A stretch of DNA of 64,000 bases from an uncultured Candidatus Saccharibacteria bacterium (GTDB lineage Bacteria; Patescibacteriota; Saccharimonadia; Saccharimonadales; Saccharimonadaceae), in contig CAUUYF010000001.1 of NCBI GenBank assembly GCA_963549285.1, positions 25,683 to 89,682 of the forward strand. Reading direction: 5' to 3'. The position numbers and the translations under genes were made by a program. This document shows positions 28,117-37,252 of this stretch, one piece after another. Each line of letters starts with the position of its first letter. Position 1 is the first letter of the stretch. The notes below the pieces were generated by a model. It was not told the DNA's origin and ran no database searches. It saw only the letters and a program-made list of their open reading frames with translations.

Positions 28117-29402
28117 TTTCTCGCTTAGTATCTCGGTGTCGACCGGGTGATCGTGAGTCGGGCCAAGCTTCGATGGTGACCGTGGCTATGTTTATGATGC
28201 TCTTTGCGGCGATCGCCGTTAGCTTTACCTTCGTGGTCATCTCAGCATCTCGCCAAGCGCTTAATGACTCTCTCCAGTCATCAGCGAAGATTGCGGCTGA
28301 GTCGGGCGTTGAGGATGCTAAGCGCCTGATCGTCTACTGCTATAACAAACGCCAACCAGGCGGTGGTTATCTTCCAGCTGATCAACAGTTATGCTCTCAG
28401 GTCATCGGCAAGCTTTCGACTGAACTGGAGGGTATGAAGTGTGACTACATCCTCGAACAAATGAAGAATAAGGCAGGAATCGATGGTGTGGAGGAAGAGG
28501 ATAATGGTAGAGGCTACCGAGTTAGAGTCGGTAATAATGGTGGCGGCAAGAACGAGAATAACGAATATTATCAGTGCCTAAAGATCGCCACTAAGACTGA
28601 CAACTACCAGGGGGTAGTGAATAACTTGGGCAAGTCGGTCATCGTACCGCTCAGGGTAGTGGACAAATATAACCAAGCCGCCGTCATTGATAGACTAGAG
28701 ATCGAGTGGCACCGCAACGTTACCGGTAACGATGGTGATGACCCGGCTGTCATGAATGGTGCCCAGGGCACCGGTCTACCCCCGGCTGGTACTTGGAATA
28801 ACAGCAACCGACCGGCAGTCCTTCGGGTCGAGCGAGTTGGTGTGCCTAAAAAAGTTGGCGGCTTTAGTCTGAATGACCTGGCAGATAGCGACACTGCTCT
28901 GACGCTACGTCCATCGTTAAAGGGTAATAGTAGCTACAATTTAGGTGCTTACAAGCCTCAATACCCGTTCAACGATCGAGACAAGATTGCACCTAATAGC
29001 CAATATTATGACCAGCATGGCAATAAAATAGCGCCAATCGTCGAGGCGACATGTAAGAATAATAATGGAGAGTATGCCTGCAAAACGATATTTGATCAAG
29101 AGTCACTTTATACTGATAAAACATATTATCTGCGCATCAATGCCATCTATCGTAGTACTCACTTCAAGATCACGGCATACCAGGGTAAGAACAAGCTCTA
29201 CTTCGACGGCGTTCAGCCACTGGTTGATGTGACCGGTAGATCGTCTGATTCCTTTAGCCGGATTCAGGCTCGGCTCAAGCCTAGCTTTGACAAGAATGCC
29301 GACAGTACGAACTGGTGGCCGGAGTACGTCATCGATACTAATGGTAAAGTCTGTAAAGACATAGAAGTACAGTACGATACGGGTGAAGACAGGTGTAAGT
29401 AA
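28113..29402 (+). CDS. PilX/GspK-like large minor pilin candidate (no Glu+5)
   Basis: N-terminal ESGQASMVTVAMFMMLFAAIAVSF hydrophobic helix lacking Glu5. Last gene of the pilin-like run, overlapping the previous gene by 4 nt. Confidence 0.45.
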   Translation: MISRLVSRCRPGDRESGQASMVTVAMFMMLFAAIAVSFTFVVISASRQALNDSLQSSAKIAAESGVEDAKRLIVYCYNKRQPGGGYLPADQQLCSQVIGKLSTELEGMKCDYILEQMKNKAGIDGVEEEDNGRGYRVRVGNNGGGKNENNEYYQCLKIATKTDNYQGVVNNLGKSVIVPLRVVDKYNQAAVIDRLEIEWHRNVTGNDGDDPAVMNGAQGTGLPPAGTWNNSNRPAVLRVERVGVPKKVGGFSLNDLADSDTALTLRPSLKGNSSYNLGAYKPQYPFNDRDKIAPNSQYYDQHGNKIAPIVEATCKNNNGEYACKTIFDQESLYTDKTYYLRINAIYRSTHFKITAYQGKNKLYFDGVQPLVDVTGRSSDSFSRIQARLKPSFDKNADSTNWWPEYVIDTNGKVCKDIEVQYDTGEDRCK

Positions 29403-29485
29403 ACGTTAGTTCGCTGTGGGCGTCGCAGTCTCAGGCTGCGGTCTTGATGGCGGTAGTGACCTTGCGCTAGCCCGGTAGCAGTGCT

Positions 29486-30439
29486 TTACAGATTGCTCTG
29501 AAACTTGTCGTGCACTTCCTTGAGATGAGGGTCGGTCACGTGAGTGTAGATCTGGGTAGTGGCGATATTGCTATGCCCCAGCATTGACTGGACCGAGCGT
29601 AGGTCGGCGCCATTCATCAGCAGGTCGGTGGCGAAAGAGTGGCGCAAGGTGTGGGGAGTGACGTGCTTGGTGATGCCGGCTGCTTGAGCATATTTACTGA
29701 CGATTCGCTGGATCGAGCGGGGAGTCAGGCGGCGAGCTTCACTGAGGTCGACGCCATCGCCCTCGACGACATTGCGAGAATTATTGAGAAAGAGCGGCTT
29801 GAGCCCGTCTGACCTGGTCTGCAGATATTGCTCGATCGTATCGGCAGCCGATTGGCTGATGAAGATGGGGCGATCCTTACCACCCTTGCCCCTGATGGTG
29901 AATTCTCGTCGATCCAGATTGAGCTGGTCGCAATTGATGCTACATAGCTCGCTGACTCGCATGCCACCCGAGAAGAGCAGCTCGATGATGGCTCGGTCTC
30001 GCAGTCCACTAGGCTGGTCAAGCGGAATGGCGTCGAATAGCCGAGCCACTTCTTCCGCCAGTAGGAAGGAGACCTGTTTCTTCTGAGTGCGGGGTAGGTT
30101 GACCCGGCTGGCATCCAGGGTGGGGATGTCTCGCTGCGAGCAATATTTGAGAAAGCTCCTCAGAGCGATCAGATGATAACTCTGGGTGATGAGCGAGAGT
30201 TCACGCCCTTGTTCGTCGACGAAGCGGTTCAGCCACAGACGATATTTTCTGACCAGTTCGTCGGTGATTTGGCTGACGGGGATGTTGCCGGCGAATTCGA
30301 CCAGTCGGTCCATGTATAGGTTGTAGTTCTCGGCGGTGCGGATGGATCGGCCTCGCTCTATTTCGATGTACTCGACGAAGTCCATGATCAGGTCGGCGAG
30401 GTAATATTCATCATTTTTAGCGTCTTTGTCATGGGTCAT
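29486..30439 (-). CDS. tyrosine recombinase, XerC/XerD family
   Basis: RDRAIIELLFSGGMRVSEL, HTLRHSFATDLLMNGADLRSVQSMLGHSNIATTQIYTHV (R..H-R-Y catalytic set). Start set at MTHDKDAK; the longer track ORF runs into repeat sequence. Confidence 0.85.
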   Translation of the reverse strand: MTHDKDAKNDEYYLADLIMDFVEYIEIERGRSIRTAENYNLYMDRLVEFAGNIPVSQITDELVRKYRLWLNRFVDEQGRELSLITQSYHLIALRSFLKYCSQRDIPTLDASRVNLPRTQKKQVSFLLAEEVARLFDAIPLDQPSGLRDRAIIELLFSGGMRVSELCSINCDQLNLDRREFTIRGKGGKDRPIFISQSAADTIEQYLQTRSDGLKPLFLNNSRNVVEGDGVDLSEARRLTPRSIQRIVSKYAQAAGITKHVTPHTLRHSFATDLLMNGADLRSVQSMLGHSNIATTQIYTHVTDPHLKEVHDKFQSNL

Positions 30440-30514
30440 TAGGCGTATTTTAGCATTTTGCCTAATGTCGCACAAGATGAAGAAATTAAAGTCTCGCCAA
30501 TTTGAGCCCCTCAT

Positions 30515-30985
30515 TCCTCATCTACATCATCATTTCCTTTGTAGCCGCCCGGCTAGTTACTTGTCACTATAGTCTTCATTCTTCACTCTATGTTAATCTG
30601 TAGCTCAAAGCAAAATCTGTAATTTCCCTCCAACGTATAACTTGAGTTTGTACGAGTAGTACAGGTGGTCTCCTCAGGCTTGGCACCGTATAGACTACCA
30701 CGTGCACTGGATAGCTTACTGATATATCAACAGCCTTCGTCAACCACACTGTACTACTCGTACCTAGGAATGCCTGCTTTAATTGAGATTAGATTAAGAA
30801 ATGAGACTAGGGAAATTACAGACATAACCTTCCTTCCGCCTCAAAGGGTGTCTTTCGTCCTTCGTCTGCGTCAGTCATTTCCTGAAGACTGTGCACGCTT
30901 GAAGCTCAGCAGTGCACGAGCCAGCCAGGCGGGTCTGAGGAAAATGATAATAGAGCGAAGAATGAGGGCTGGAGTAGCGAGTGAT
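30515..30985 (+). repeat. L element copy 3 (no 3' arm) with an extra inverted end-module on its left
   Basis: Core from GTAGCTCAAAGC...GTAATTTCCC (30619) to ...GAATGAGGGCTGGAGTAGCGAGTG. At 30563-30589, CACTATAGTCTTCATTCTTCACTCTAT is the inverted match of the element's own 3' end. 30520-30538 resembles the domain-D stem. Confidence 0.85.
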
Positions 30986-30994
30986 TAAATCATC

Positions 30995-31082
30995 AAGTTC
31001 CTTACAAAAAGTGTAGCGATAGCGCCAAAGTTCGTCACAAAAAGTGTAGTAAATCACCAAAAGTTCCTTACAAAAAGTGTAA
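30995..31082 (+). repeat. three direct 22-bp repeats at 33-bp spacing (iteron/operator-like)
   Basis: AAGTTCCTTACAAAAAGTGTAG at 30995, AAGTTCGTCACAAAAAGTGTAG at 31028 and AAGTTCCTTACAAAAAGTGTAA at 31061, immediately upstream of the ATPase gene promoter region. Confidence 0.8.
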
Positions 31083-31124
31083 AAACATGGCATAATTAGT
31101 AGTGGAAGAGAGGAAGTTGACATT

Positions 31125-32453
31125 ATGTACATGTATCGTCAAAAGATTGAAGACCTGAAGGCTTGGCAGAAGAGCCCACACCGTAAACCACTGATCGTTC
31201 GAGGTGCTCGCCAAGTAGGCAAGACAGAGCTGATCAAAGAGTTCGGCAGGACTCAGTATCAGCAGACGGCATACGTCAGCCTGGACAACAACTCTCGCAT
31301 GGCGGCACTCTTTGACGGAGACTTTGACGTTAACCGATTGATCCAGGGCCTGAAAGCCGAGACGAACGTGGACATTGAGCCCGATAGCACCTTGATCGTA
31401 CTGGATGAGATCCAGGAGATACCCAAGGCGCTCACGGCGCTAAAGTACTTTTGCGAAAATGCCCCTCAGTATCATATTGTTGTAGCCGGCAGTCTGTTGG
31501 GTGTAGCCACTCATCAAGGTGTGTCCTTTCCGGTCGGCAAAGTGGATTACTTAGAGCTGGCACCTCTGTCGTTCCGAGAGTTTCTGCTGGCCTTAGGCGA
31601 GAAGCATCTGGTCGAGATGATCACGTCTCCGTCGGTGGATCAAGAGTTACTGGCGTCTTTTCATGATAGACTGATCGATTATATTAAGGCCTATTGCTAT
31701 GTCGGCGGGATGCCGGAGGTGGTGGTCAGTTATGCCGAGCAGAGATCGTGGAACGAGGTGCGACGGATTCAGAATAATATCTTGTTTGATTATGCTAATG
31801 ACTTTAGCAAGCATACACCCGAAGCGTCTTTTGCGAGAAGGATCGAGCAGGTCTGGCGTATCATCCCGAGTCAGCTAGCCAAGGAAAATGCCAAATTTAT
31901 TTTTGGCATGATTCGTGCGGGAGCGAGGGCAAAGGAATATGAATTGGCACTGGCGTGGCTGGAAGAAGCGGGGCTGGTGCGTCGGGTAAATCGGCTGGAA
32001 GCTCCCCGGATACCGATCATGTCGTATGCCAATGCGAGTGCCTTTAAGCTGTACCATCTAGACGTCGGGCTGTTAGCAGCCATGGTACGTCTAGACGAGC
32101 GAGTCTTGCTGGAAGGCAACCAAGTCTTTACCGAGTTTCGGGGATCGTTAGCCGAGCAGTTAGCCCTGCAAGAATTGCAAGTCGATGGCGGTTTGGATGT
32201 CTGCTATTGGGCGATGGATGGGCAATCACGAGCCGAAGTCGAGTTCGTCGTCCAGACCGGCAGTCAGATCGTGCCGGTCGAGGTCAAGAGTGGCACAAAT
32301 CTACGAGCTAAGAGCCTGGCGGTATATATGAATAAGTACCAACCACGACTGGCAGTCCGTTCATCGGTAGCGAATTACAAGAAAACAGACAATCTATATG
32401 ACGTACCCTTCTATCTGCTGAATAACTTCTTTCAGAACATCCAAAAGTACTGA
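31125..32453 (+). CDS. AAA+ ATPase of the AAA_14/DUF4143 type
   Basis: Walker A GARQVGKTELIKEF, Walker B LIVLDEIQEIP. C-terminal region with EVEFVV...VPVEVKSG resembles the DUF4143 restriction-endonuclease-like tail. Confidence 0.78.
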   Translation: MYMYRQKIEDLKAWQKSPHRKPLIVRGARQVGKTELIKEFGRTQYQQTAYVSLDNNSRMAALFDGDFDVNRLIQGLKAETNVDIEPDSTLIVLDEIQEIPKALTALKYFCENAPQYHIVVAGSLLGVATHQGVSFPVGKVDYLELAPLSFREFLLALGEKHLVEMITSPSVDQELLASFHDRLIDYIKAYCYVGGMPEVVVSYAEQRSWNEVRRIQNNILFDYANDFSKHTPEASFARRIEQVWRIIPSQLAKENAKFIFGMIRAGARAKEYELALAWLEEAGLVRRVNRLEAPRIPIMSYANASAFKLYHLDVGLLAAMVRLDERVLLEGNQVFTEFRGSLAEQLALQELQVDGGLDVCYWAMDGQSRAEVEFVVQTGSQIVPVEVKSGTNLRAKSLAVYMNKYQPRLAVRSSVANYKKTDNLYDVPFYLLNNFFQNIQKY

Positions 32454-32518
32454 GTAAATGTAGTGTTCAGTCACTACTGTTAGACGGAGCTGCCACGACT
32501 ATGCTATAATCTAGCTGT

Positions 32519-32594
32519 GGCTCAGTAGCTCAATGGATAGAGCAGCTCCGTCCTAAGGAGAAGGTTGTACGTTCGACTCGTATCTGGGCTACCA
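32519..32594 (+). tRNA. tRNA-Arg (anticodon CCT), CCA encoded
   Basis: Manual cloverleaf with anticodon loop GTCCTAA and T-loop TTCGACT. TGCTATAAT lies 9 nt upstream. Confidence 0.85.
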
Positions 32595-32729
32595 GGTATT
32601 ATTAGGTATATACGTGCTTGTCCGGGGACAGGGAGGTGTAGTTGGCTTTGCCGCCCCCAGGGGTTTTACGGGGGCGGTGTGTCAGTGACCATTCAGGTAG
32701 ATGCGGTATCATTTTGCTATAATGTAGGC

Positions 32730-33239
32730 ATGGTAAAGCAGAGCTTCGTTGGGCAGCAAGCAGGCGAGCAGGTTGACTTCGTCTTTCGCCGACATTATTC
32801 GGTGATGCTGGAGGCGAGTTGGCCGGGCATAGCTTTACTGGCAGTCGGCGGAGGTGTATTGACACAGTGGAGTCAGTATTCGTGGAGCTGGTATATAGCG
32901 CTTGGCTTGGTCGTAGTTGGACTGCTCAAGATCTTTGGTGCCTGGCTGAGCTGGTACTATAGCGTCAATATCGTGACTAATCAGCGGATCCGTCAGCAGA
33001 TTCAGCGAGGGCTATTTCACAAGGCTACTACCGATATTAATTTGGCTAAAGTAGAGAATATCCAGTATAATATCGACGGGCTACGAGGTAGCATGGCGGG
33101 CTATGGTACGATCATCCTCCAGACTATGGCCGGTGATATGGTCATGACTAAGATTGCTAGCTGTGAACAAATTTGCGGTAGGCTTAATCGGGCGGTGCAG
33201 CGTAGTCACCGAGGAGCATCTGCCCAGGAAGAGAACTGA
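32730..33239 (+). CDS. bacterial PH-domain (bPH_2/YdbT-like) membrane protein
   Basis: Two TM helices then NIVTNQRIRQQIQRGLF...VENIQYNIDGLRGSMAGYGTIILQT. ATG is 6 nt after TGCTATAAT (32715-32723). The longer track ORF overlaps tRNA-Arg. Confidence 0.55.
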   Translation: MVKQSFVGQQAGEQVDFVFRRHYSVMLEASWPGIALLAVGGGVLTQWSQYSWSWYIALGLVVVGLLKIFGAWLSWYYSVNIVTNQRIRQQIQRGLFHKATTDINLAKVENIQYNIDGLRGSMAGYGTIILQTMAGDMVMTKIASCEQICGRLNRAVQRSHRGASAQEEN

Positions 33240-34348
33240 TGAGTAAGAGTAATGAACAAATAAATGATTCGCCGGGTAAGGAGCGACGCCTGGGCGGTAA
33301 GCTAAGAGCGAAGCTGTTCCGCCGTCGAGCTAGCTTGTCGCCGGTGCGCATAACCAGTGATAATATCGATGAGCATCGGCAGAGCATCTTAGCTCGGGGT
33401 CGCCGGCTCAAGTATCCGGTACAGTACTCTAAGAAGCGTCTGCTGGTCGTCACTGTGATACTGGTCATTGTCGCCGCTACCGGCTTTGGGCTTTGGCTTC
33501 AAAATGCACTCTATCGGCAGCAGCAAACTAGCAATTTTTACTACAATGTCACCAAGGTCTTGCCACTAAGCGTTGCCTCGGTCGATGGTCATCCGGTGCG
33601 CTACCAAGACTACTTGCGTCGTCTGCGAGCAGATATTTATTATTACATTAATCGAGAGCGACGTTCATTCAATAGCAAGGAGGGTGGCAAGGAGTTAGCT
33701 TATCTCAAGCGGAAGGATCTACAGGTGACCGAGAAAGCTGCCTATGTGAAGTGGCTGGCCGGGCAATCCGGCGTGAGCGTATCGGACAGCGAGGTTGATG
33801 CCAAGATCAAGTCGATGCGAGAGGCCGACAGAGCAACCAAAGATGACCTAACTGACACACTCCAGAGCTTCTACGGCTGGACGCTGGATGATTATCGGGC
33901 GACGATTAAAGACCAGATGCTCAGTCAAAAGCTGTCGTATCTGATAGACCAACAAGCCAAGTCTAAGATTGATAAGGCTAAGCGTCTGATCGAATCGGGG
34001 GTGGATTTCGCTCAAGTGGCTAAGGATATGAGCGACGATGATGCAGCGGGCGCAAACGTCAACCGGACGGTTAGTCTGGCCGGTCAAGATCCGACCGGTA
34101 TGGTCAAGCTAATCCGGCGACTGGAGCCGGGTCAGACGACCGGTGTGCAGAAAGTCTGCCTGGATAGCTCGGACTACTACTACATTGCCAAGCTGATAAA
34201 TAAGAACAAGAAAGAAATGACCTACCAGCTGGTCATGGTTAAGCTGACCAAGCTGGATCAGGACTTCGCTAAGCTACGGCAGCGAGGGGTGATCAAAGAA
34301 TATATCAATGTGCCGAGCGACAGTAGCTTTGCCGGTAAAGAAAATTAG
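33239..34348 (+). CDS. membrane-anchored SurA/PrsA-like chaperone with degenerate parvulin domain
   Basis: TM helix, SurA_N-like helical region, then RLIESGVDFAQVAKDMSDDDAAGAN...LEPGQTTGVQKV resembling a PpiC rotamase. Confidence 0.5.
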   Translation: MSKSNEQINDSPGKERRLGGKLRAKLFRRRASLSPVRITSDNIDEHRQSILARGRRLKYPVQYSKKRLLVVTVILVIVAATGFGLWLQNALYRQQQTSNFYYNVTKVLPLSVASVDGHPVRYQDYLRRLRADIYYYINRERRSFNSKEGGKELAYLKRKDLQVTEKAAYVKWLAGQSGVSVSDSEVDAKIKSMREADRATKDDLTDTLQSFYGWTLDDYRATIKDQMLSQKLSYLIDQQAKSKIDKAKRLIESGVDFAQVAKDMSDDDAAGANVNRTVSLAGQDPTGMVKLIRRLEPGQTTGVQKVCLDSSDYYYIAKLINKNKKEMTYQLVMVKLTKLDQDFAKLRQRGVIKEYINVPSDSSFAGKEN

Positions 34349-34425
34349 TCGGTCACGAAGCGTAACCGACTAACCATACTCTAGAGTAAATCCGGGTTGA
34401 TGAGATCTATTTAGGATCTTACTCA

Positions 34426-34503
34426 TGGCGCGCCCGACCGGATTCGAACCGGCGATCTCCTCCGTGACAGGGAGGCGTGATGGACCAGCTTCACTACAGG
34501 CGC
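34426..34503 (-). tRNA. tRNA-Asp (anticodon GTC), CCA encoded
   Basis: The reverse complement folds as a cloverleaf with anticodon loop CTGTCAC. TTGCAA-17-TACTAT promoter upstream on the minus strand. Confidence 0.88.
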
Positions 34504-34573
34504 AAAACTCTAGGCGTATAGTAGCAAAACCCCTCGGCTTTTGCAACTCACATGGTATAATGTAGCAAGGCGT

Positions 34574-34650
34574 GCCACCTTGGCTCAGTTGGCTAGAGCA
34601 TCGCTTTCGTAAAGCGGGGGTCCGGAGTTCGAATCTCCGAGGTGGCTCCA
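34574..34650 (+). tRNA. tRNA-Thr (anticodon CGT), CCA encoded
   Basis: GCCACCT acceptor, anticodon loop TTCGTAA, T-loop TTCGAAT. TGGTATAAT upstream. Confidence 0.88.
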
Positions 34651-34669
34651 GTACTTTGGACTCTAATAT

Positions 34670-34743
34670 GCGGGTGTCGTATAGCGGTAATACATAACCT
34701 TCCCAAGGTTGAAACCAGAGTTCGACTCTCTGCACCCGCACCA
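34670..34743 (+). tRNA. tRNA-Gly (anticodon CCC), CCA encoded
   Basis: GCGGGTG acceptor, anticodon loop TTCCCAA, T-loop TTCGACT. Confidence 0.88.
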
Positions 34744-34756
34744 TAAAGGAAGTAAG

Positions 34757-35137
34757 ATGAGTAAGCAAATCAAAGAGGCTGTAGCAGATGCGATCAAGAG
34801 TCGCTTTTTTGTCGTACTAAGCATAGTCTGTCTGCTGGAGATGTTGGTGATGATCGTTATCGCTCTGACGCATGCTCGTGCAGGACTAACCATCAAGACC
34901 CATTGTGAGATTATCGGCAAAGCAGCCATTAATTGCACCTCCAGCGACGCTCCCTGGTATTATATTTTTAATTTTGCTGTCTTTCCGGCGGTAGTCTTCG
35001 TGGCTAATCTGTTAGTCTCGCTCAAGCTATTAGCCGTCAAGGGTCGTCAGCTGGCTCTCTGCTGGCTATGGCTAACTGCTCTAGCTGGCTTGGTGATCGG
35101 AGTACTTGGTTCTGCTATGGTCGTCCACGTGATCTGA
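34757..35137 (+). CDS. hypothetical polytopic membrane protein
   Basis: AAGGAAG RBS then ATG 34757. The track ORF start at 34709 would overlap tRNA-Gly. Confidence 0.5.
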   Translation: MSKQIKEAVADAIKSRFFVVLSIVCLLEMLVMIVIALTHARAGLTIKTHCEIIGKAAINCTSSDAPWYYIFNFAVFPAVVFVANLLVSLKLLAVKGRQLALCWLWLTALAGLVIGVLGSAMVVHVI

Positions 35138-35148
35138 GCGAGGAATCT

Positions 35149-36816
35149 ATGACGGATATTGAGATACCCCTAGGCAAGCGGACTCGACGGTACCGCCTGC
35201 TTGAGATATTGCCGGGAGCAATCTCGATAGGGGCGGTGATTCTACTGGTCTTGCTGAGCTTTCTTAGCCCGCTGATTGCCTCGCTATACATACTTTCGCT
35301 AGTCCTGCTGACCTTCGTCCGAGCGGTTACCACGGCGTATCGGACGATCCAGGGGCGCTTGGCGATGCAACGCACCTCGGCGCTTGATTGGGCGGGGCGA
35401 CTGGATGACCTAAGGCACCCGGCTGAAGCGTTAGCCCGCTACCGGCAGATGCCGAGTAAAAAAGTTGCTCAGGAGTATACACTGGCTGACCACATAGCTA
35501 AGCTAAGTTATCTAACTGAACACAAAAATATGTGTATCGACCCAAAACAGATCGTCAATGTGGTTATCGTTGCTTTATATAACGAGAGCTACCAGGTGCT
35601 TGGTCCGACTATGCAGAACTTAGCTGAGCTGGACTATGATATCAAGCATAATCTAGTGGTCTTCATCGCTTACGAAGAACGGGGTGGTCAAAATGCCCTA
35701 GATACCGTGGCTCAGATTAAGGAGTGCTGGTCGGGAGTATTTCGTGACCTGGTTTTTGTGCAACATCCGGCTGATCTACCTGACGAGGTGATGGGTAAAG
35801 GACCGAATCTGACCTACGCCGGCCCGCAAGTCTCAGCCTGGGTTAAGCGTCACCGGATTGACCCTGGTAATGTCATCGTGACCACTCTAGATTCTGATAA
35901 CAAGCCCGACAGGCAGTATTTCTCCTACCTGACATACCGGTGGATCACGACTGAGAATAGGCAACAATGCTCCTTCCAGCCGATATGTCTGTTTAACAAC
36001 AACATCTGGGATGCGCCGGCTCCGATGCGAGTGGTAGCGCTGTCTAATTCTTTCTGGAACGTCATCTCGTCAATGCGCCCCAATACCCTAAAGAACTTTG
36101 CTTCACACTCGCAAGGGCTGTGGGCGCTGGAACAGATGAACTATTGGAGTAAGCGGACGATCGTCGAGGACGGACATCAATACTGGCGCAGTTATTTCTT
36201 CTTTGACGGTAACTACGAGGTGATCCCGCTGCGGCTAAGCATCGGGCAGGATGCGGTGCTGTCGAGTACCTACAGGCGGACGCTCAAGGCGCAGTTTATT
36301 CAGATGCGGCGCTGGGCATACGGTGCTTCGGACGACGCCTATATCGCCACTCGGCTGATGAGCGGCAAGTTCCGGGGGAGCTTACTGGACGGTTGGGCTC
36401 GTTTCTTCCGCTCGCTTGAGGGGCACGTCTCACTGGCCTGTATGGCGCCGATCGTTGGCTTCGGCGCTTTCGCTCCTCTCTACATCAATCCAATCGCCGC
36501 CCATAATAGCATCCTGGTCAATGATTTACCGCTGATCGTCTCTCGAGTACAGCAGATAGCGGTGGTTGGGCTGCTGATCACGGTAATTACTTCACTCTCT
36601 ATGCTACCGACTCGTCCGAAGTGCTATCGCAAAGGTAGAAGCTTGCTAATGGTGCTGCAGTGGGCGCTGATGCCGATCAATGCCATCGTCTATAGTAGTG
36701 CTTCGGCTTATGCTGCTCAGTGGCGACTACTGACGGGCAACTACATGGAGAAGTTTGATGTGACCGAAAAGGCGATCAAGCAGGTCAAACCCAAAGCCAC
36801 CAAGCCTAGGCGCTAG
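35149..36816 (+). CDS. processive family-2 glycosyltransferase (membrane-embedded, cellulose/chitin-synthase-like)
   Basis: VIVALYNES, TLDSDNKPD and QMRRWAYG (QxxRW) motifs with flanking TM helices. Start at MTDIEIPLG after GAGGAA. Confidence 0.75.
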   Translation: MTDIEIPLGKRTRRYRLLEILPGAISIGAVILLVLLSFLSPLIASLYILSLVLLTFVRAVTTAYRTIQGRLAMQRTSALDWAGRLDDLRHPAEALARYRQMPSKKVAQEYTLADHIAKLSYLTEHKNMCIDPKQIVNVVIVALYNESYQVLGPTMQNLAELDYDIKHNLVVFIAYEERGGQNALDTVAQIKECWSGVFRDLVFVQHPADLPDEVMGKGPNLTYAGPQVSAWVKRHRIDPGNVIVTTLDSDNKPDRQYFSYLTYRWITTENRQQCSFQPICLFNNNIWDAPAPMRVVALSNSFWNVISSMRPNTLKNFASHSQGLWALEQMNYWSKRTIVEDGHQYWRSYFFFDGNYEVIPLRLSIGQDAVLSSTYRRTLKAQFIQMRRWAYGASDDAYIATRLMSGKFRGSLLDGWARFFRSLEGHVSLACMAPIVGFGAFAPLYINPIAAHNSILVNDLPLIVSRVQQIAVVGLLITVITSLSMLPTRPKCYRKGRSLLMVLQWALMPINAIVYSSASAYAAQWRLLTGNYMEKFDVTEKAIKQVKPKATKPRR

Positions 36817-37207
36817 AATATGAGGGTAAAGCCCGTGATTGCCGTTGGCACCTGTAATTTCCCCTCCACGTATAGCTCTATAGTGTGCGAGCAGTACAGG
36901 TGGTCTCCTCAGGCTTGGCACCGTATAAACTACCACGTGCACTGGATAGCTTACTGATATATCAACAGCCTTCGTCAACCACACTGTACTACTCGTACCT
37001 AGGAGTGCTTGTTTTAATCAAGGTCAGACTACGGAATGAAACCGGGAAATTACAGGTGCACCAAAAGGGTGCATGTTGTCTTTCATCTACATCGTCATTT
37101 CCTGAAGACTGTGCACGCTTGAAGCCAGAGCTGTGTCACGAGCCAGCCAGGCGGGTCTGAAGGAAATGATGATGCAGATGAAGAATGAGGGGCTGAAGGT
37201 GCCGAAC
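36817..37207 (+). repeat. L element copy 4 (no 3' arm; domain D loop partly degenerate)
   Basis: Same modules as copy 1, including the type-I variable hairpin. The inner hairpin of domain D is altered (GAAGCCAGAGCTGTGTCAC versus GAAGCTCAGCAGTGCAC). GGCACC/GGTGCC closes the unit. Confidence 0.88.
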
Positions 37208-37252
37208 AACAAAAAGACCCGCCACTTTTGGATTTCTCCATGGTGGGGCGGG
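37206..37252 (-). terminator. rho-independent terminator (minus strand)
   Basis: The minus strand reads CCCGCCCCAC...GTGGCGGG followed by TCTTTTTGTTGTT. Confidence 0.65.

Noticed and set aside
30440-30514. N-terminal 25-codon extension of the recombinase ORF (MRGSNWRDFNFFILCDIRQNAKIRL).
   Set aside because: The extension has no similarity to Xer N-termini and runs into repeat-derived sequence. The internal Met (MTHDKDAK) gives a normal-length protein. The start remains somewhat uncertain because no SD is visible.
29486-32594. Integrase-to-tRNA-Arg interval as a classical tRNA-targeting genomic island.
   Set aside because: The tRNA's 3' end points away from the interval. No direct repeat of the tRNA 3' half was found near the recombinase, and the interval holds only one other gene. 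It is kept only as loose context for the iteron-like repeats.
34370-34768. ORFs overlapping RNA genes: 34370-34768 (minus) and the 34709 start over tRNA-Asp/Thr/Gly; 37509-37733 over tRNA-Val; 53300-53599 over tRNA-Ala; 32565-32729 over tRNA-Arg; 56663-56884 and 56691-56939 inside rnpB.
   Set aside because: The underlying sequence folds into canonical tRNAs or contains RNase P RNA universal motifs. These ORFs are by-products.
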